From IMG/VR virus record IMGVR_UViG_3300043028_000007, positions 67,899-131,898 of that record: DNA of 64,000 nt; one strand, written 5' to 3'. The position numbers and the translations under genes were made by a program. The stretch's first letter is position 1. Each line of letters opens with the position of its first letter. Shown here piece by piece: positions 31,401 to 40,278 of the stretch. This stretch comes from a virus. Under the pieces are notes generated by a model that ran no database searches, was not told the DNA's origin, and saw only the letters and a list, made by a program, of their open reading frames with translations.

Positions 31401-33607
31401 TATAGTCCTATACGATCATAAAGTTCCCATACATCGTTTGTTATATTGTATTTATATATAGTGTCTAGAAAAATCCCATTTTCTTCACCACATATGAAAT
31501 ATAATTCGTTGTTATATATAAATCCTCTATGTCCTTTTAACTGAGGGCCATCAGTTAACCTAACCCATGTTTTATCAACTAGGTTAAATTTCCATAAATC
31601 ATTTAATGTACCATTATCTCCATAGCCACCATGTATATATAGAAAACCATTGCTTTCGTCAAATATAAACGCTGCTTGTTCTCTACTATTCAATGGACCA
31701 TCATACTTATCCCATTTTATCGTATTGAAATCAAAAAACCAAAAATCATTCAAATACTTTTCGCCATCACTACCTAATCCAATAACAAAATAATTATTAT
31801 ACTTTACACCTACATGATTATATCTTCCTTTAGGACCATCTTCAAGTATTTCCCAGTCTTTATATTCCATTTCCCAAAAATCATCTAAGTTCTTATTTAG
31901 GTCTCTACTATGACCACCTTGAATGAACATAGAGTTATCTACTTTAGTAGAAGCACCATAACTTCTTTTAGGTATAGTTAGTGCTTTAGTATCTAATTTA
32001 TCTAGTTCTGTATCATATATTTCTATGCCATCTACATCTACATAAGACCCACTATCATCATTCTCGCCACCTAAAGTAATGATCTTATTATTTATAGCTT
32101 CTGATACATGACCCATTCTGTTTTGCATTTCAGCTTTAGTAACATCTACATAATTTTCACCATCGAACATATATACATGACTTACTATAGAACCATCTCT
32201 TTTACCAGCTATAGTGTAGAATTTGTCTCCTACAGTTACTCTCTGAGCATAGTTGGTATTGTGTTCTGTAACTGACTTGCTCCAAGTTTTAGTAGCTATG
32301 TCGTATATATACTGATGGAAATTATTTTCATTACCATTATCCTTACCACCATAGATATATATCTTGTCTTGAAGTATAGTTGAAACATGTCCTTTAAGTC
32401 CGATTATATCTAAAGGCGTATTCTTTATTTCCCACCCTCTGTCTATATCTTGGACATAATTAACTATTCTATTATCTGCTTCATATTTGAGAGGATAAAT
32501 ATGTCGAATACCATAAGTACCTTTAACTAGTTCACCGATAAATTCGACTGTATCGTTACTAAGTATTTTGGTTATAATGATACCTTTTCCATTAGTAAGT
32601 ACTATGACATTGCCTATGCCGATATTAGTATTGCTGGCATCGAATCTACACATCTTATTCGACTCTATAACTTCAATGTTGTTAACGTTACCTTTTCTGT
32701 CATCCAGAACAATATTCTTCACATTAACTACATTTCTATTAAGTTTCTTATCGAAAGTAGTTTCTCCAGCAAGGTATTTATAATTAGCACATATAAGGCT
32801 ATTAAGTTCTTTGTCCAAATAAGCATAGTTGACTCCACCGTCTCTACTTACTTCGATGAAGACATTGTTTTCTACATCTTCGATATCGCTTAAATCTACT
32901 CTAAGTAAAGTTCTTGAAGAAGTAATATTATCAACTTCTAAACTATAGATATTTGAAGATATCAACTCACCTTCAGATATACTTACTCGATTATTATCGG
33001 TATCTATAGTTACTCCCGTACTATTATCTATATCTACTGACTTATTATCTATAGTTGTATCACAAAAACCATACGGCATCTGCTGATAATTTATCGTATC
33101 TTCATCTAGTTCTTCTAATAGAAGCTTACTTAGAAGATCGATCTCTTCATTGCTAAATGGAGACGCATTTGAAGTTAAGATATTGTCCGTTTCTTCTTTA
33201 GTATAGAACTCTTCATTATGATTATGTGTTATATTTGAAAGACCTACCAATATATTAGTAAGATCTTCCATACTAACTAACTGCGATATATCTAGAACAC
33301 CAACGACGTAGTTAGATCCAGAAGGACTTACTACGAGGAGTTGGTTGTTATTAGTAGAATCGTTGAGTATCTCATCTTTAGGAAATACTGTATCATAATA
33401 ATTGCTTATATCTTCAATGGAAGCTATGTCCCAAAAAGGGTCTAAGTTACCTATTAGATTAACACCATCTCCTTTATAAATACATCTGGAAACTGTATCA
33501 TATACCCACATACCATCGGGTACCGGAATATTAGGATCTGCCCAATCTGTATTCACATGATTATGGAAATGCTGTACGATGGCATTGATATTTTTAATTT
33601 CAGCCAT
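28448..33607 (-). CDS. Kelch-repeat tail fibre/appendage protein
   Basis: N-terminal W...VPDGMWVYDTVSRCIYKGDG, then more than 20 Kelch repeats (KIYIYGG, LYIHGG, VYVFGG...W). Confidence 0.85.
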   Translation of the reverse strand: MAEIKNINAIVQHFHNHVNTDWADPNIPVPDGMWVYDTVSRCIYKGDGVNLIGNLDPFWDIASIEDISNYYDTVFPKDEILNDSTNNNQLLVVSPSGSNYVVGVLDISQLVSMEDLTNILVGLSNITHNHNEEFYTKEETDNILTSNASPFSNEEIDLLSKLLLEELDEDTINYQQMPYGFCDTTIDNKSVDIDNSTGVTIDTDNNRVSISEGELISSNIYSLEVDNITSSRTLLRVDLSDIEDVENNVFIEVSRDGGVNYAYLDKELNSLICANYKYLAGETTFDKKLNRNVVNVKNIVLDDRKGNVNNIEVIESNKMCRFDASNTNIGIGNVIVLTNGKGIIITKILSNDTVEFIGELVKGTYGIRHIYPLKYEADNRIVNYVQDIDRGWEIKNTPLDIIGLKGHVSTILQDKIYIYGGKDNGNENNFHQYIYDIATKTWSKSVTEHNTNYAQRVTVGDKFYTIAGKRDGSIVSHVYMFDGENYVDVTKAEMQNRMGHVSEAINNKIITLGGENDDSGSYVDVDGIEIYDTELDKLDTKALTIPKRSYGASTKVDNSMFIQGGHSRDLNKNLDDFWEMEYKDWEILEDGPKGRYNHVGVKYNNYFVIGLGSDGEKYLNDFWFFDFNTIKWDKYDGPLNSREQAAFIFDESNGFLYIHGGYGDNGTLNDLWKFNLVDKTWVRLTDGPQLKGHRGFIYNNELYFICGEENGIFLDTIYKYNITNDVWELYDRIGLYRTEISIGIINDKVYIYGGRDDSGYLSEIWEYDIITKTKVQKTSDVVGKANSSYLVKDNKLVIYGGITDIGAENELKEYDPISDSWSLLEYGIANEGSVLINNNEVFYWFGGIDKKYSYIDSGIGYIDITNADMDYISYKVDNRQNFGITKNNDDIYIHGGQSLFSSNYIWELDTDNWKWNKIGTLPAEGMACKYMKEINETETLLLNYKFNSSDQSIDIFIYKHNKNTDKFMSVKEDKIYDISWINNALVWTHFHDTDTIFIHSGTNTCGIYKISTGQFTRCTNAPISLFVAYAKYSYNDKIYINTHPNNYLLIYDTITDQWTQIDRLSSVYHKACSVKCNDYIYFLTGTECVRINVNNNTVQVRANLNIPLINCVAFSKGDFIYLAGGLNTNDGSSRREIYRYDTINDQWSITDIKLPIISNFRADFHEYINEPGTLQLFSPSGSKILSDLWKYNSASKWTCLINDIGSPRRSHSISYHDNVIYIIGGYKEWYCQNIVSFDLNTQTSSIVVTYSSYYLYLPYSCTVNNYIYIVNGHAAQPLQLLRLNPVTGALDVVANLPFADIHTRYYGTIVRNIGNKLYFYYAQPFQSTDLTTLYNLYEYDLDNPELGFVEKAYPPKELKGTNIFADDQYLYMGYGIDSSDSYNKKLYRFSPNENIWEVISEANEKIVSAKYEIINNKVYVFGGRKINDDNEASMNKDTIIYNLEPLTTKQLPSPNLEVSNHQLFNIGDNIYLYGGVLSDGSPNTTPMKYNRKTETWEAIVDDNLINTLGQLVDTNILTHGNLAYGFGGDTGQYYLNDKLSIFTPQFDFEQTKSIVQVDYTGLGNILPAITGTDINNIPCLLSEDNGLTYNLVTDTGTRELVVKYENNNWLYNDGSGTFIQPIKNTLQEAVIKAIEVNHNTSHINTDQINNITLNCNTNLAKVIFVFTGNEDQLIDLPEDAPYYTENEVLPAGSTYKLRITNNEPNSTIQLHGISAKWKE

Positions 33608-33683
33608 TTGATTCTCCTCATATGTTGTTAAATAAATAAAAGCTTAGTTTAGTTATAAAATAACCAGATTATCGTAAGAACAA

Positions 33684-33714
33684 ATATATGTCCTAGGATC
33701 CCTAGGACATATAT
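33684..33714 (-). terminator. hairpin terminator
   Basis: ATATATGTCCTAGG-atc-CCTAGGACATATAT. Confidence 0.65.
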
Positions 33715-33721
33715 CTATATC

Positions 33722-33952
33722 TTAATTCAAACTGACCATCGTAGCCTTAGACATATCGTATCTAAGATTATCGTCGTCATCGAAATACCAGTTATTAGGG
33801 TCCTTATAAAAAATGGAATGGATATTTTTAGTATGTATAATTTTGCGATTAGTTTTATTTTTATCTTTTTTAGATCGTTTATTTATTCTAAAAAAATAAG
33901 AGCTTACCCAAACTTTATTGTCTTGAAGTTCAGTATCTATAATCACATACAT
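33722..33952 (-). CDS. hypothetical protein
   Basis: 76 aa with an AGGAG RBS, co-oriented in the operon. Confidence 0.6.
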   Translation of the reverse strand: MYVIIDTELQDNKVWVSSYFFRINKRSKKDKNKTNRKIIHTKNIHSIFYKDPNNWYFDDDDNLRYDMSKATMVSLN

Positions 33953-33962
33953 AATCTTCTCC

Positions 33963-35846
33963 TTAACTATATATTAGTATATGCCTTACATTTAGGATAC
34001 CTGCTTCTGTATTAGGATCTACGTTAGTCAAAAGTCTTAATTTGATAGTATTGTCGTCAGTATCTCTAAATAGTTCGCAGACTATAGAGGCATCTTCTCC
34101 ATTATAAAGAAAATCTACTGTACCTGTCTTATTCTCATTTCCCGGTATGAACGATATGTCCAGAGGGAATAAGCCATTATCAGTACTAAGCTCTAATCTA
34201 CACTTATGTATAGTTCTTATATCAGTATTATCACTAAGATAATGATCAACGAATATTTCTTTAAAACCTCCATGAGGTCTATTTAAAGGAAAAGCTCCTG
34301 CATAAATAAGATATCCTCCTTTAAAAGGTATTAGCGATTCATATGATCTACTATCTGGATTATCTGTACTATAGATGTGTTCAGTATTTGGCAAGATAAC
34401 GAAATCGTCTTGTGGTTCTACTATTTCACCTGAGCTAGGAAGAAGTTTCCAACTAGACTCTTTTCCAGACATATCTTGTATACCAATTCTCTCTTCTGTC
34501 AAATTATTTAACTCAAAACCAAACTGTAAGATTGCTCCTGAATTACTATCGGGATTCTCGTTCCAAATTACTCTCATCCTTGGTCTTATGATAGTATCAA
34601 TATCATAGCCTTCAAGTGGTACATATCCCTTAGGATAATTTTCACTCACTACATTTAGTGTCATGGGTTCAGTCGGATTATGTAAATTAACATTAACCAT
34701 GATATCGAACATGAATTTAGTATAATGAGTACTTATTCTCAAAAACATCCTATCGTTAATAATAGGATCTGGGCTACCATCTACTGTATATAGAGTAGCT
34801 ATATCGTACCAATGTATCTCATTATCATTGGCCACTAATTTATGCACAGCAGATGCACCACTAGTGACATCTCCATAAGATGGTTTATTTTGATTTAATA
34901 TACGCATTTGATTCTCCAAGCTTGTTATTTTATCTAAAATGTTCTGTATTAAAGACGAAGACGATAAAGTATCGCTAGTAAGAAAAGACGATGACTTTAA
35001 GAATTCTATTACATCATTTAATTTATCATCTATAGTTCTTACATCCTCTACAGACGGATCTCCTCCAAATGCATGGTAATCGATTTCTATATCGCCTACA
35101 TAATCTCTTGACATAACTACATAATCATAAACTGCATCTATAGAAGACGTTGTACGAGTTTTATTAAGATTAAACCCAAGAAAAACATAGTCTTTTCCAT
35201 AAACCAAAGGATCTGGATTATTAACCATGCGTATATTAAATCCTTCACCATTGTAAAAAGATCCTCCTAGTGGTTTAATATATTTTCTACCTTCTATGGT
35301 ATTTACCGTATGTATTTCTCCAACAACTCTATTTGATAATATATTTTTGTCAGTATCTAATGGAAATAGTTTAGGTGATTTATATGTAATCGCCAACGAA
35401 CTTTCAACGTTCTTAGTAATATGTTTAAGATAATTAATATCTGTTATCATACTTGCTAATAGGTCTGGGTTAAATTCTAGTCTATTTCCATAAAACATAG
35501 ATTGTTTTACATTTACTGGATATAGTTGTTGGTAGGAGATATTTACATATATCTCTGAAACAAGTGTTTTGGTTATAGTTATACTTTTTACCAAAGTCTT
35601 ATCGAAGTCTTTGTCATATGCTTTCAATTTAGATATGATGGTGTGATCGATATCGTCTGGTTGTATTTCCCAATCAATATCCTTAATCAAAGGCGTATTG
35701 AACTCATCTATCGTTCCTATATGAATAGTGTCTGAATATACAGGTATATCAAATTCTATTTTCTGATTAGGAAAATGTAACACAAAATGATTATTATCGC
35801 TGAGATAATTTATATCCTCAGCTGTTAAATCTGGATCATAGTACAT
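33963..35846 (-). CDS. virion structural protein (baseplate/tail-associated)
   Basis: PLD...SNRVVGEIH.V...IKPLGGSFY...PLVYGKDY...IDYHAFGG pattern, resembling phiKZ-like structural proteins; located in the structural cluster. Confidence 0.6.
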   Translation of the reverse strand: MYYDPDLTAEDINYLSDNNHFVLHFPNQKIEFDIPVYSDTIHIGTIDEFNTPLIKDIDWEIQPDDIDHTIISKLKAYDKDFDKTLVKSITITKTLVSEIYVNISYQQLYPVNVKQSMFYGNRLEFNPDLLASMITDINYLKHITKNVESSLAITYKSPKLFPLDTDKNILSNRVVGEIHTVNTIEGRKYIKPLGGSFYNGEGFNIRMVNNPDPLVYGKDYVFLGFNLNKTRTTSSIDAVYDYVVMSRDYVGDIEIDYHAFGGDPSVEDVRTIDDKLNDVIEFLKSSSFLTSDTLSSSSLIQNILDKITSLENQMRILNQNKPSYGDVTSGASAVHKLVANDNEIHWYDIATLYTVDGSPDPIINDRMFLRISTHYTKFMFDIMVNVNLHNPTEPMTLNVVSENYPKGYVPLEGYDIDTIIRPRMRVIWNENPDSNSGAILQFGFELNNLTEERIGIQDMSGKESSWKLLPSSGEIVEPQDDFVILPNTEHIYSTDNPDSRSYESLIPFKGGYLIYAGAFPLNRPHGGFKEIFVDHYLSDNTDIRTIHKCRLELSTDNGLFPLDISFIPGNENKTGTVDFLYNGEDASIVCELFRDTDDNTIKLRLLTNVDPNTEAGILNVRHILIYS

Positions 35847-35861
35847 ATATATTTGTCCTTA

Positions 35862-36464
35862 TCAAGGTTGTAGGTTTATTATAGTTTGTTCATATGCATT
35901 GACAAGAGCCTTTAAGCGATTGACTTCTTCTATAAGTTTTAACTTATCTGCATAATGATTATTGACGTTAGTTATATTCTCTTGTCTGTTTTCTTCTATC
36001 TGATCATATTCTGCTTCAGTCATCCAGACAGACGATAACTCATATAACTCTGGATCTATATCTATTCCGGTATTTGTTAATATCTCTTGTTTTATATGAT
36101 TCTTTATCCAATCTACTTTATCTGCATCATTATAAATACCAATATCATACACCAACGCTAATCTCATATACTCATGTACATTTGGATTAGGTAGCTTAGA
36201 ATAGAAATAATCTGTTACATAGATTATATTTTCTTCGTCTTCTACATCCTGTAGTTTATAAAAATAACTATCTTTAATGTTGGGATAATCCGTTTCAAAT
36301 TGTGTTTCGTCTAAATTAGCTTTCTTATACGTATCTATTATATTGACACCATCGTCAATATATGTCTGTAGTTTTGCCATATTTAAAACGACATATATAC
36401 CATCCAGAGAACTGTATATAGGTTTAAATATGAACTTACATGTTTCTCCTACATTAGGTATCAT
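35862..36464 (-). CDS. conserved jumbo-phage structural-cluster protein
   Basis: 200 aa with IIYV..Y....PNPNV.EY....L..DIG and a C-terminal coiled coil. Confidence 0.6.
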   Translation of the reverse strand: MIPNVGETCKFIFKPIYSSLDGIYVVLNMAKLQTYIDDGVNIIDTYKKANLDETQFETDYPNIKDSYFYKLQDVEDEENIIYVTDYFYSKLPNPNVHEYMRLALVYDIGIYNDADKVDWIKNHIKQEILTNTGIDIDPELYELSSVWMTEAEYDQIEENRQENITNVNNHYADKLKLIEEVNRLKALVNAYEQTIINLQP

Positions 36465-37822
36465 GAGTATATTGTCCTATTGTAACTGTCTTCAGTTATA
36501 ACCAAGAATTCTAACCTATCTACTATAAAGACTAAGAAATTTCTACCATCTATAGTTTCTACTGCTAATTCTGAAGTAGTGGATAGTCCTAAGGCTACTG
36601 GTAATATTTGATTTAGTTTACGACTAAATTCTTTTGTTAAAGGCGGTTGATAATTATAAGAAGATTCATGTGTTCCGTAATATTGGTACAATGGATGTCT
36701 ATCTGAAACTTTTGTATCGGATATATTAGATGGGTCGGGTATTATACCAATAAGCGATTCTATATAAGCAACCGATATCAGTTCCATATTTTCTATTATA
36801 TAGTCTCTATTAAACTCATACATAACCTTACTTAGTTTATCTAATATTAACGATAAGCTAATCAGAGAAGATCTGGTAGTTCTATTAGGTTCTTCTACTT
36901 CATAGTCCCATATTGGTATGACATAAAATCTACCATCTATAAATAGATCAGGTAATCTGGATTTCCAAGTAGGTTCGTCTGCAAGATAATAATCGAGTTC
37001 CGCTCTAATAGCATCTCGCATCTCTAAACTAGATGGCATCCTTCCTTTATAAAGTATAGCAAAAGGAACTTCATATAGTCCTTCGTCTGGTGTTATGTAT
37101 TTAGTCATAAATGTAGTATAACCAGTATGGTTACCTGAACTTATTTTTGGATTCAACTTACTAGAAGTAATACTAAATACTCGATTGATAGCAGCATATA
37201 TATTCTCTATACCAGACGGATCTAATAGATCACTTTGAGCCATAGGGAATATAACTTCTGTTATATGGGACAAAGGATATTCGTTTTGGAAAGACTCATT
37301 ATTTATCCATAGTTTAAAATCGATTATATGTCCATTTATATCTATAGAGAACTGAACCCATTCCTCAATATTGCACGATGTTTCTGCATTATCATAAATA
37401 TAAGCCTCATTAGTCTTTACACTTATCTCTAAACTATTTGGAATATAGTTACTAAAAGAGTCATTGTCATTAACTAATTCATCATTAAGTTCATCTTTAG
37501 TAAAATTAACTGTACGATAAAATAAAAATTCAACTATATTAAAGAAACATTCTCTATAAGTCACGTCACTATTTCTTATATGCTCCAAAATAGAAGGATC
37601 TATATTAGACTCATCTTCGTCCCATATAAGCTCCATCTTTGAAGTTAAAGGTTCAGAAAACATATGTAATCTAGTAGTTCTGGGATCTTTTAAATTATTA
37701 GGTTTAAGGAAATAACTATATTGTTCTCTTTTTAAATAACCATGTGTAATAAGACTATCTGTAGTTAGTATGCTATTGTCAGTAGGTACAAAAGCATTGT
37801 CGAGTATGAAACCATATATCAT
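36461..37822 (-). CDS. putative virion structural protein
   Basis: 453 aa with KLWINNESFQNEYP and W...LPDLF...FYVIPIWD; coupled to the downstream gene by an ATGA overlap. Confidence 0.6.
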   Translation of the reverse strand: MIYGFILDNAFVPTDNSILTTDSLITHGYLKREQYSYFLKPNNLKDPRTTRLHMFSEPLTSKMELIWDEDESNIDPSILEHIRNSDVTYRECFFNIVEFLFYRTVNFTKDELNDELVNDNDSFSNYIPNSLEISVKTNEAYIYDNAETSCNIEEWVQFSIDINGHIIDFKLWINNESFQNEYPLSHITEVIFPMAQSDLLDPSGIENIYAAINRVFSITSSKLNPKISSGNHTGYTTFMTKYITPDEGLYEVPFAILYKGRMPSSLEMRDAIRAELDYYLADEPTWKSRLPDLFIDGRFYVIPIWDYEVEEPNRTTRSSLISLSLILDKLSKVMYEFNRDYIIENMELISVAYIESLIGIIPDPSNISDTKVSDRHPLYQYYGTHESSYNYQPPLTKEFSRKLNQILPVALGLSTTSELAVETIDGRNFLVFIVDRLEFLVITEDSYNRTIYS

Positions 37823-37901
37823 TTTAAATATACTCCTTATTTTAGTGTACTATTTGTGTAGGATATTTATAATATCTTGGATGCGAAAACAAAAAAATAA
37901 T

Positions 37902-37920
37902 GGAGAACCTTTGGTTCTCC
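37902..37920 (-). terminator. intrinsic terminator
   Basis: GGAGAACC-ttt-GGTTCTCC with a T-run on the minus strand. Confidence 0.65.
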
Positions 37921-37937
37921 TGATCTATATTATAAAC

Positions 37938-38093
37938 TTAATTACGTATACATACATAACCAAGTTTATTATCTGGCTCATAACAATAGACCAGGTAAGA
38001 TCTTTTGTTATGTGTTTTGAAAATATTTGAAGAAAGAAGTTTCTTTATATCCTCTTTCTCCGGTTTTTGTTTTATTGCTGGCTTGATATTCAT
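37938..38093 (-). CDS. small hypothetical protein (51 aa, absent from the ORF track)
   Basis: MNIKPAIKQKPEKEDIKKLLSSNIFKTHNKRSYLVYCYEPDNKLGYVCIRN*, with an AAAGGA RBS, an upstream TATATTAC and a downstream terminator. Confidence 0.55.
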   Translation of the reverse strand: MNIKPAIKQKPEKEDIKKLLSSNIFKTHNKRSYLVYCYEPDNKLGYVCIRN

Positions 38094-38134
38094 TTTGTTT
38101 CCTTTCTTTATAGTTTATATTGGTACTACTCTAC

Positions 38135-38154
38135 TTGAGTAATATATACTCAAG
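38135..38154 (-). promoter_or_regulatory. TATATTAC early-promoter motif embedded in a palindrome
   Basis: The core motif lies within (C)TTGAGTA-atata-TACTCAAG. Confidence 0.5.
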
Positions 38155-38187
38155 ATCAATTGAACTACATTAAAGGAAACATACAAA

Positions 38188-38222
38188 AGTATATGTAGGG
38201 AGCAATGCTCCCTACATATACT
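38188..38222 (-). terminator. terminator hairpin
   Basis: AGTATATGTAGGGAGCA-a-TGCTCCCTACATATACT. Confidence 0.75.
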
Positions 38223-38234
38223 CTATTTTACGTA

Positions 38235-39779
38235 TTAAGTCAGATGTCTTTTTACAAGATATTCGGTCAGTAGTATAGAAATTACTTTCGCATTTAATTT
38301 AGATATATCTACTTGTGTTAAAGGCTGTCCTTCTTTTAACCTGACCATCTTACTACACTCGGTATTAAGATAACTATGTACTACTTCTACAAATGTTTCT
38401 TTATGCCATAGTTCTATAAGGAAGTAATATAAACTATCTTCGAGATTGTTTTCATTGACATCAAAAGCATTGATAGATCTATTTATCAAGTACTGATGTC
38501 GATTAATAAAATCGCTCTTAGTCATTTTCTCAGGAACCATAGTGTCTGGAACGTTATTAAAATAAGATACTAAGGTATGCGTATACGCTGTCCTAAGAGC
38601 TTTTGTTCTTACGACCTTAGAATTCATCTTAATATTGATATTGTCATTGGCTATGGTCTTATTTATCTTTTCTCTCCCATTGAGGACAACATTCATCGGA
38701 ATCCCATATTGTTCCAATACCTTAGTTTTCTCGTTGAGCGGATTATTGATATTGTAATGGATTCTTAGATAATAAGCTACATCCGCTAGTGTACCGCCTT
38801 GTTTTTTAAACTCATCAAATACTTCTCCATTTAAAAGAGTAGGAGTAAGTATTAGGGTTCCTGCATAAGTTTCTTTTGTAAGGAGTAGACCATATTCTGT
38901 TACAGAAACTAAATCAGACAATATTTGTTTATTGTTATTGATCGCTTCTACTACCTCGGTATTAATAGGACTAAGATTTAAATTTTCTACTCCTTTGATG
39001 ACCTGTGAAATTCTTTCAACTTCATCCTTTATCTTTACTGCTAATGAGATGTCCTTAATGTCATTAAGGAAATTATAAACATCATTGCCTAATTGAGCGA
39101 AGTTAATTCTATTGCAAAGACAATTCCAAGTCCTCGCTATATTCGAATGTTCTTCTCCAGTAACTATTTTATTTAGTGTACCGAGAATCATTTCATGAAC
39201 ATTTTCTTCTAACTTAACTTCTTTGAACTTACTAACGAATTCTTTTGCTCGTATTGCCATATTTGGCAGATTGTTTTTTCTAAGCTCTTTTATAGTCATT
39301 CTTGTAGCAGTAGTTGCTTTATCTACTATATCTTCCTGACTTTTATTATTTTTCCAATATACTAAACCAAACGAAACGTCTGGGGATATATTGTCGTTTA
39401 AAAGAGTTTCAGCGCCCATTCTAGATAAAGTCACAGACATCTCTTCATTTATCTTCTGTGATAAAGAATTTACTTCATCTCTTAGTGGTCCTGATATGTA
39501 AACAAACGCATCGGTAATTTCTTGTCCTATTTCCGAAGCCATATTGAATAAGACGTTGCTATATCCATTATTTGAATTATAAAAAGCCTTATCTATTTGA
39601 TTAACTATATCAGCATAAATATCTTGTTCATTAGTGTTTCCATCAGTTTCTACTCTTATCTGAGTTACGATATTATCTGCAATTCTCTTTAACTCACTAC
39701 TGTCTTTAAATTCAATTGATGTATTGAGCTTATCTCTATTTAGAAAAGCCATAGCACTGAATGTCTCATTAGATATCAT
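38235..39779 (-). CDS. hypothetical protein (helical, possibly virion)
   Basis: 514-aa ORF with no recognised catalytic motif. Confidence 0.75.
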   Translation of the reverse strand: MISNETFSAMAFLNRDKLNTSIEFKDSSELKRIADNIVTQIRVETDGNTNEQDIYADIVNQIDKAFYNSNNGYSNVLFNMASEIGQEITDAFVYISGPLRDEVNSLSQKINEEMSVTLSRMGAETLLNDNISPDVSFGLVYWKNNKSQEDIVDKATTATRMTIKELRKNNLPNMAIRAKEFVSKFKEVKLEENVHEMILGTLNKIVTGEEHSNIARTWNCLCNRINFAQLGNDVYNFLNDIKDISLAVKIKDEVERISQVIKGVENLNLSPINTEVVEAINNNKQILSDLVSVTEYGLLLTKETYAGTLILTPTLLNGEVFDEFKKQGGTLADVAYYLRIHYNINNPLNEKTKVLEQYGIPMNVVLNGREKINKTIANDNINIKMNSKVVRTKALRTAYTHTLVSYFNNVPDTMVPEKMTKSDFINRHQYLINRSINAFDVNENNLEDSLYYFLIELWHKETFVEVVHSYLNTECSKMVRLKEGQPLTQVDISKLNAKVISILLTEYLVKRHLT

Positions 39780-39979
39780 TATAGTTTCCCTTTCTGATCT
39801 ATATATTCATTAAATTCCGAATAAGCTATCTGTGTCTTTTCTGAATCATCAATTTCCTTATTAAAGCTACTTGTATTATCCATGACACCAACAATCAGTT
39901 TAGTAACTATATACGATGTTACTAAATGGTCTATTTCAGCTGGATCGATTTTCTTATTCATATACCTTCCCCTTTTCAA
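39779..39979 (-). CDS. hypothetical protein
   Basis: Small co-oriented ORF that overlaps the next start; the real start may be the second Met. Confidence 0.55.
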   Translation of the reverse strand: MKRGRYMNKKIDPAEIDHLVTSYIVTKLIVGVMDNTSSFNKEIDDSEKTQIAYSEFNEYIDQKGKL

Positions 39980-39981
39980 AC

Positions 39982-40185
39982 TTATTTGTTTTGTTTTTTA
40001 ATTATTCGTATACTATCTGTTTCTTCTATTATTTCTATATTACCTTCTTCTACTTGTTTTTCAAGTTCTTTAGATAATAGCGATATATTTTTGGTGTCTT
40101 TCGATTTAATGAGCTTAACTACACCGTCGACATCTGAGTAAGCTACATATTCTCCAGACATAACTTTTTCCAAGATATCTTTCAT
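39982..40185 (-). CDS. hypothetical protein
   Basis: 67 aa with a GGGGAG RBS. Confidence 0.65.
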   Translation of the reverse strand: MKDILEKVMSGEYVAYSDVDGVVKLIKSKDTKNISLLSKELEKQVEEGNIEIIEETDSIRIIKKQNK

Positions 40186-40278
40186 TGTCTCCCCTTGTTT
40201 TTAAGTTAATTTATACTATAATCCTATAGGATTATGTAAAATAAGAAACCAAATATCCCTAAATAAAGGAAGATAAAT

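Noticed and set aside
19883-33607. Possible diversity-generating retroelement acting on the Mtd_N-bearing fibres
   Set aside because: No reverse transcriptase and no near-identical TR/VR nucleotide repeat pair was seen; the Kelch repeats are diverged at DNA level.
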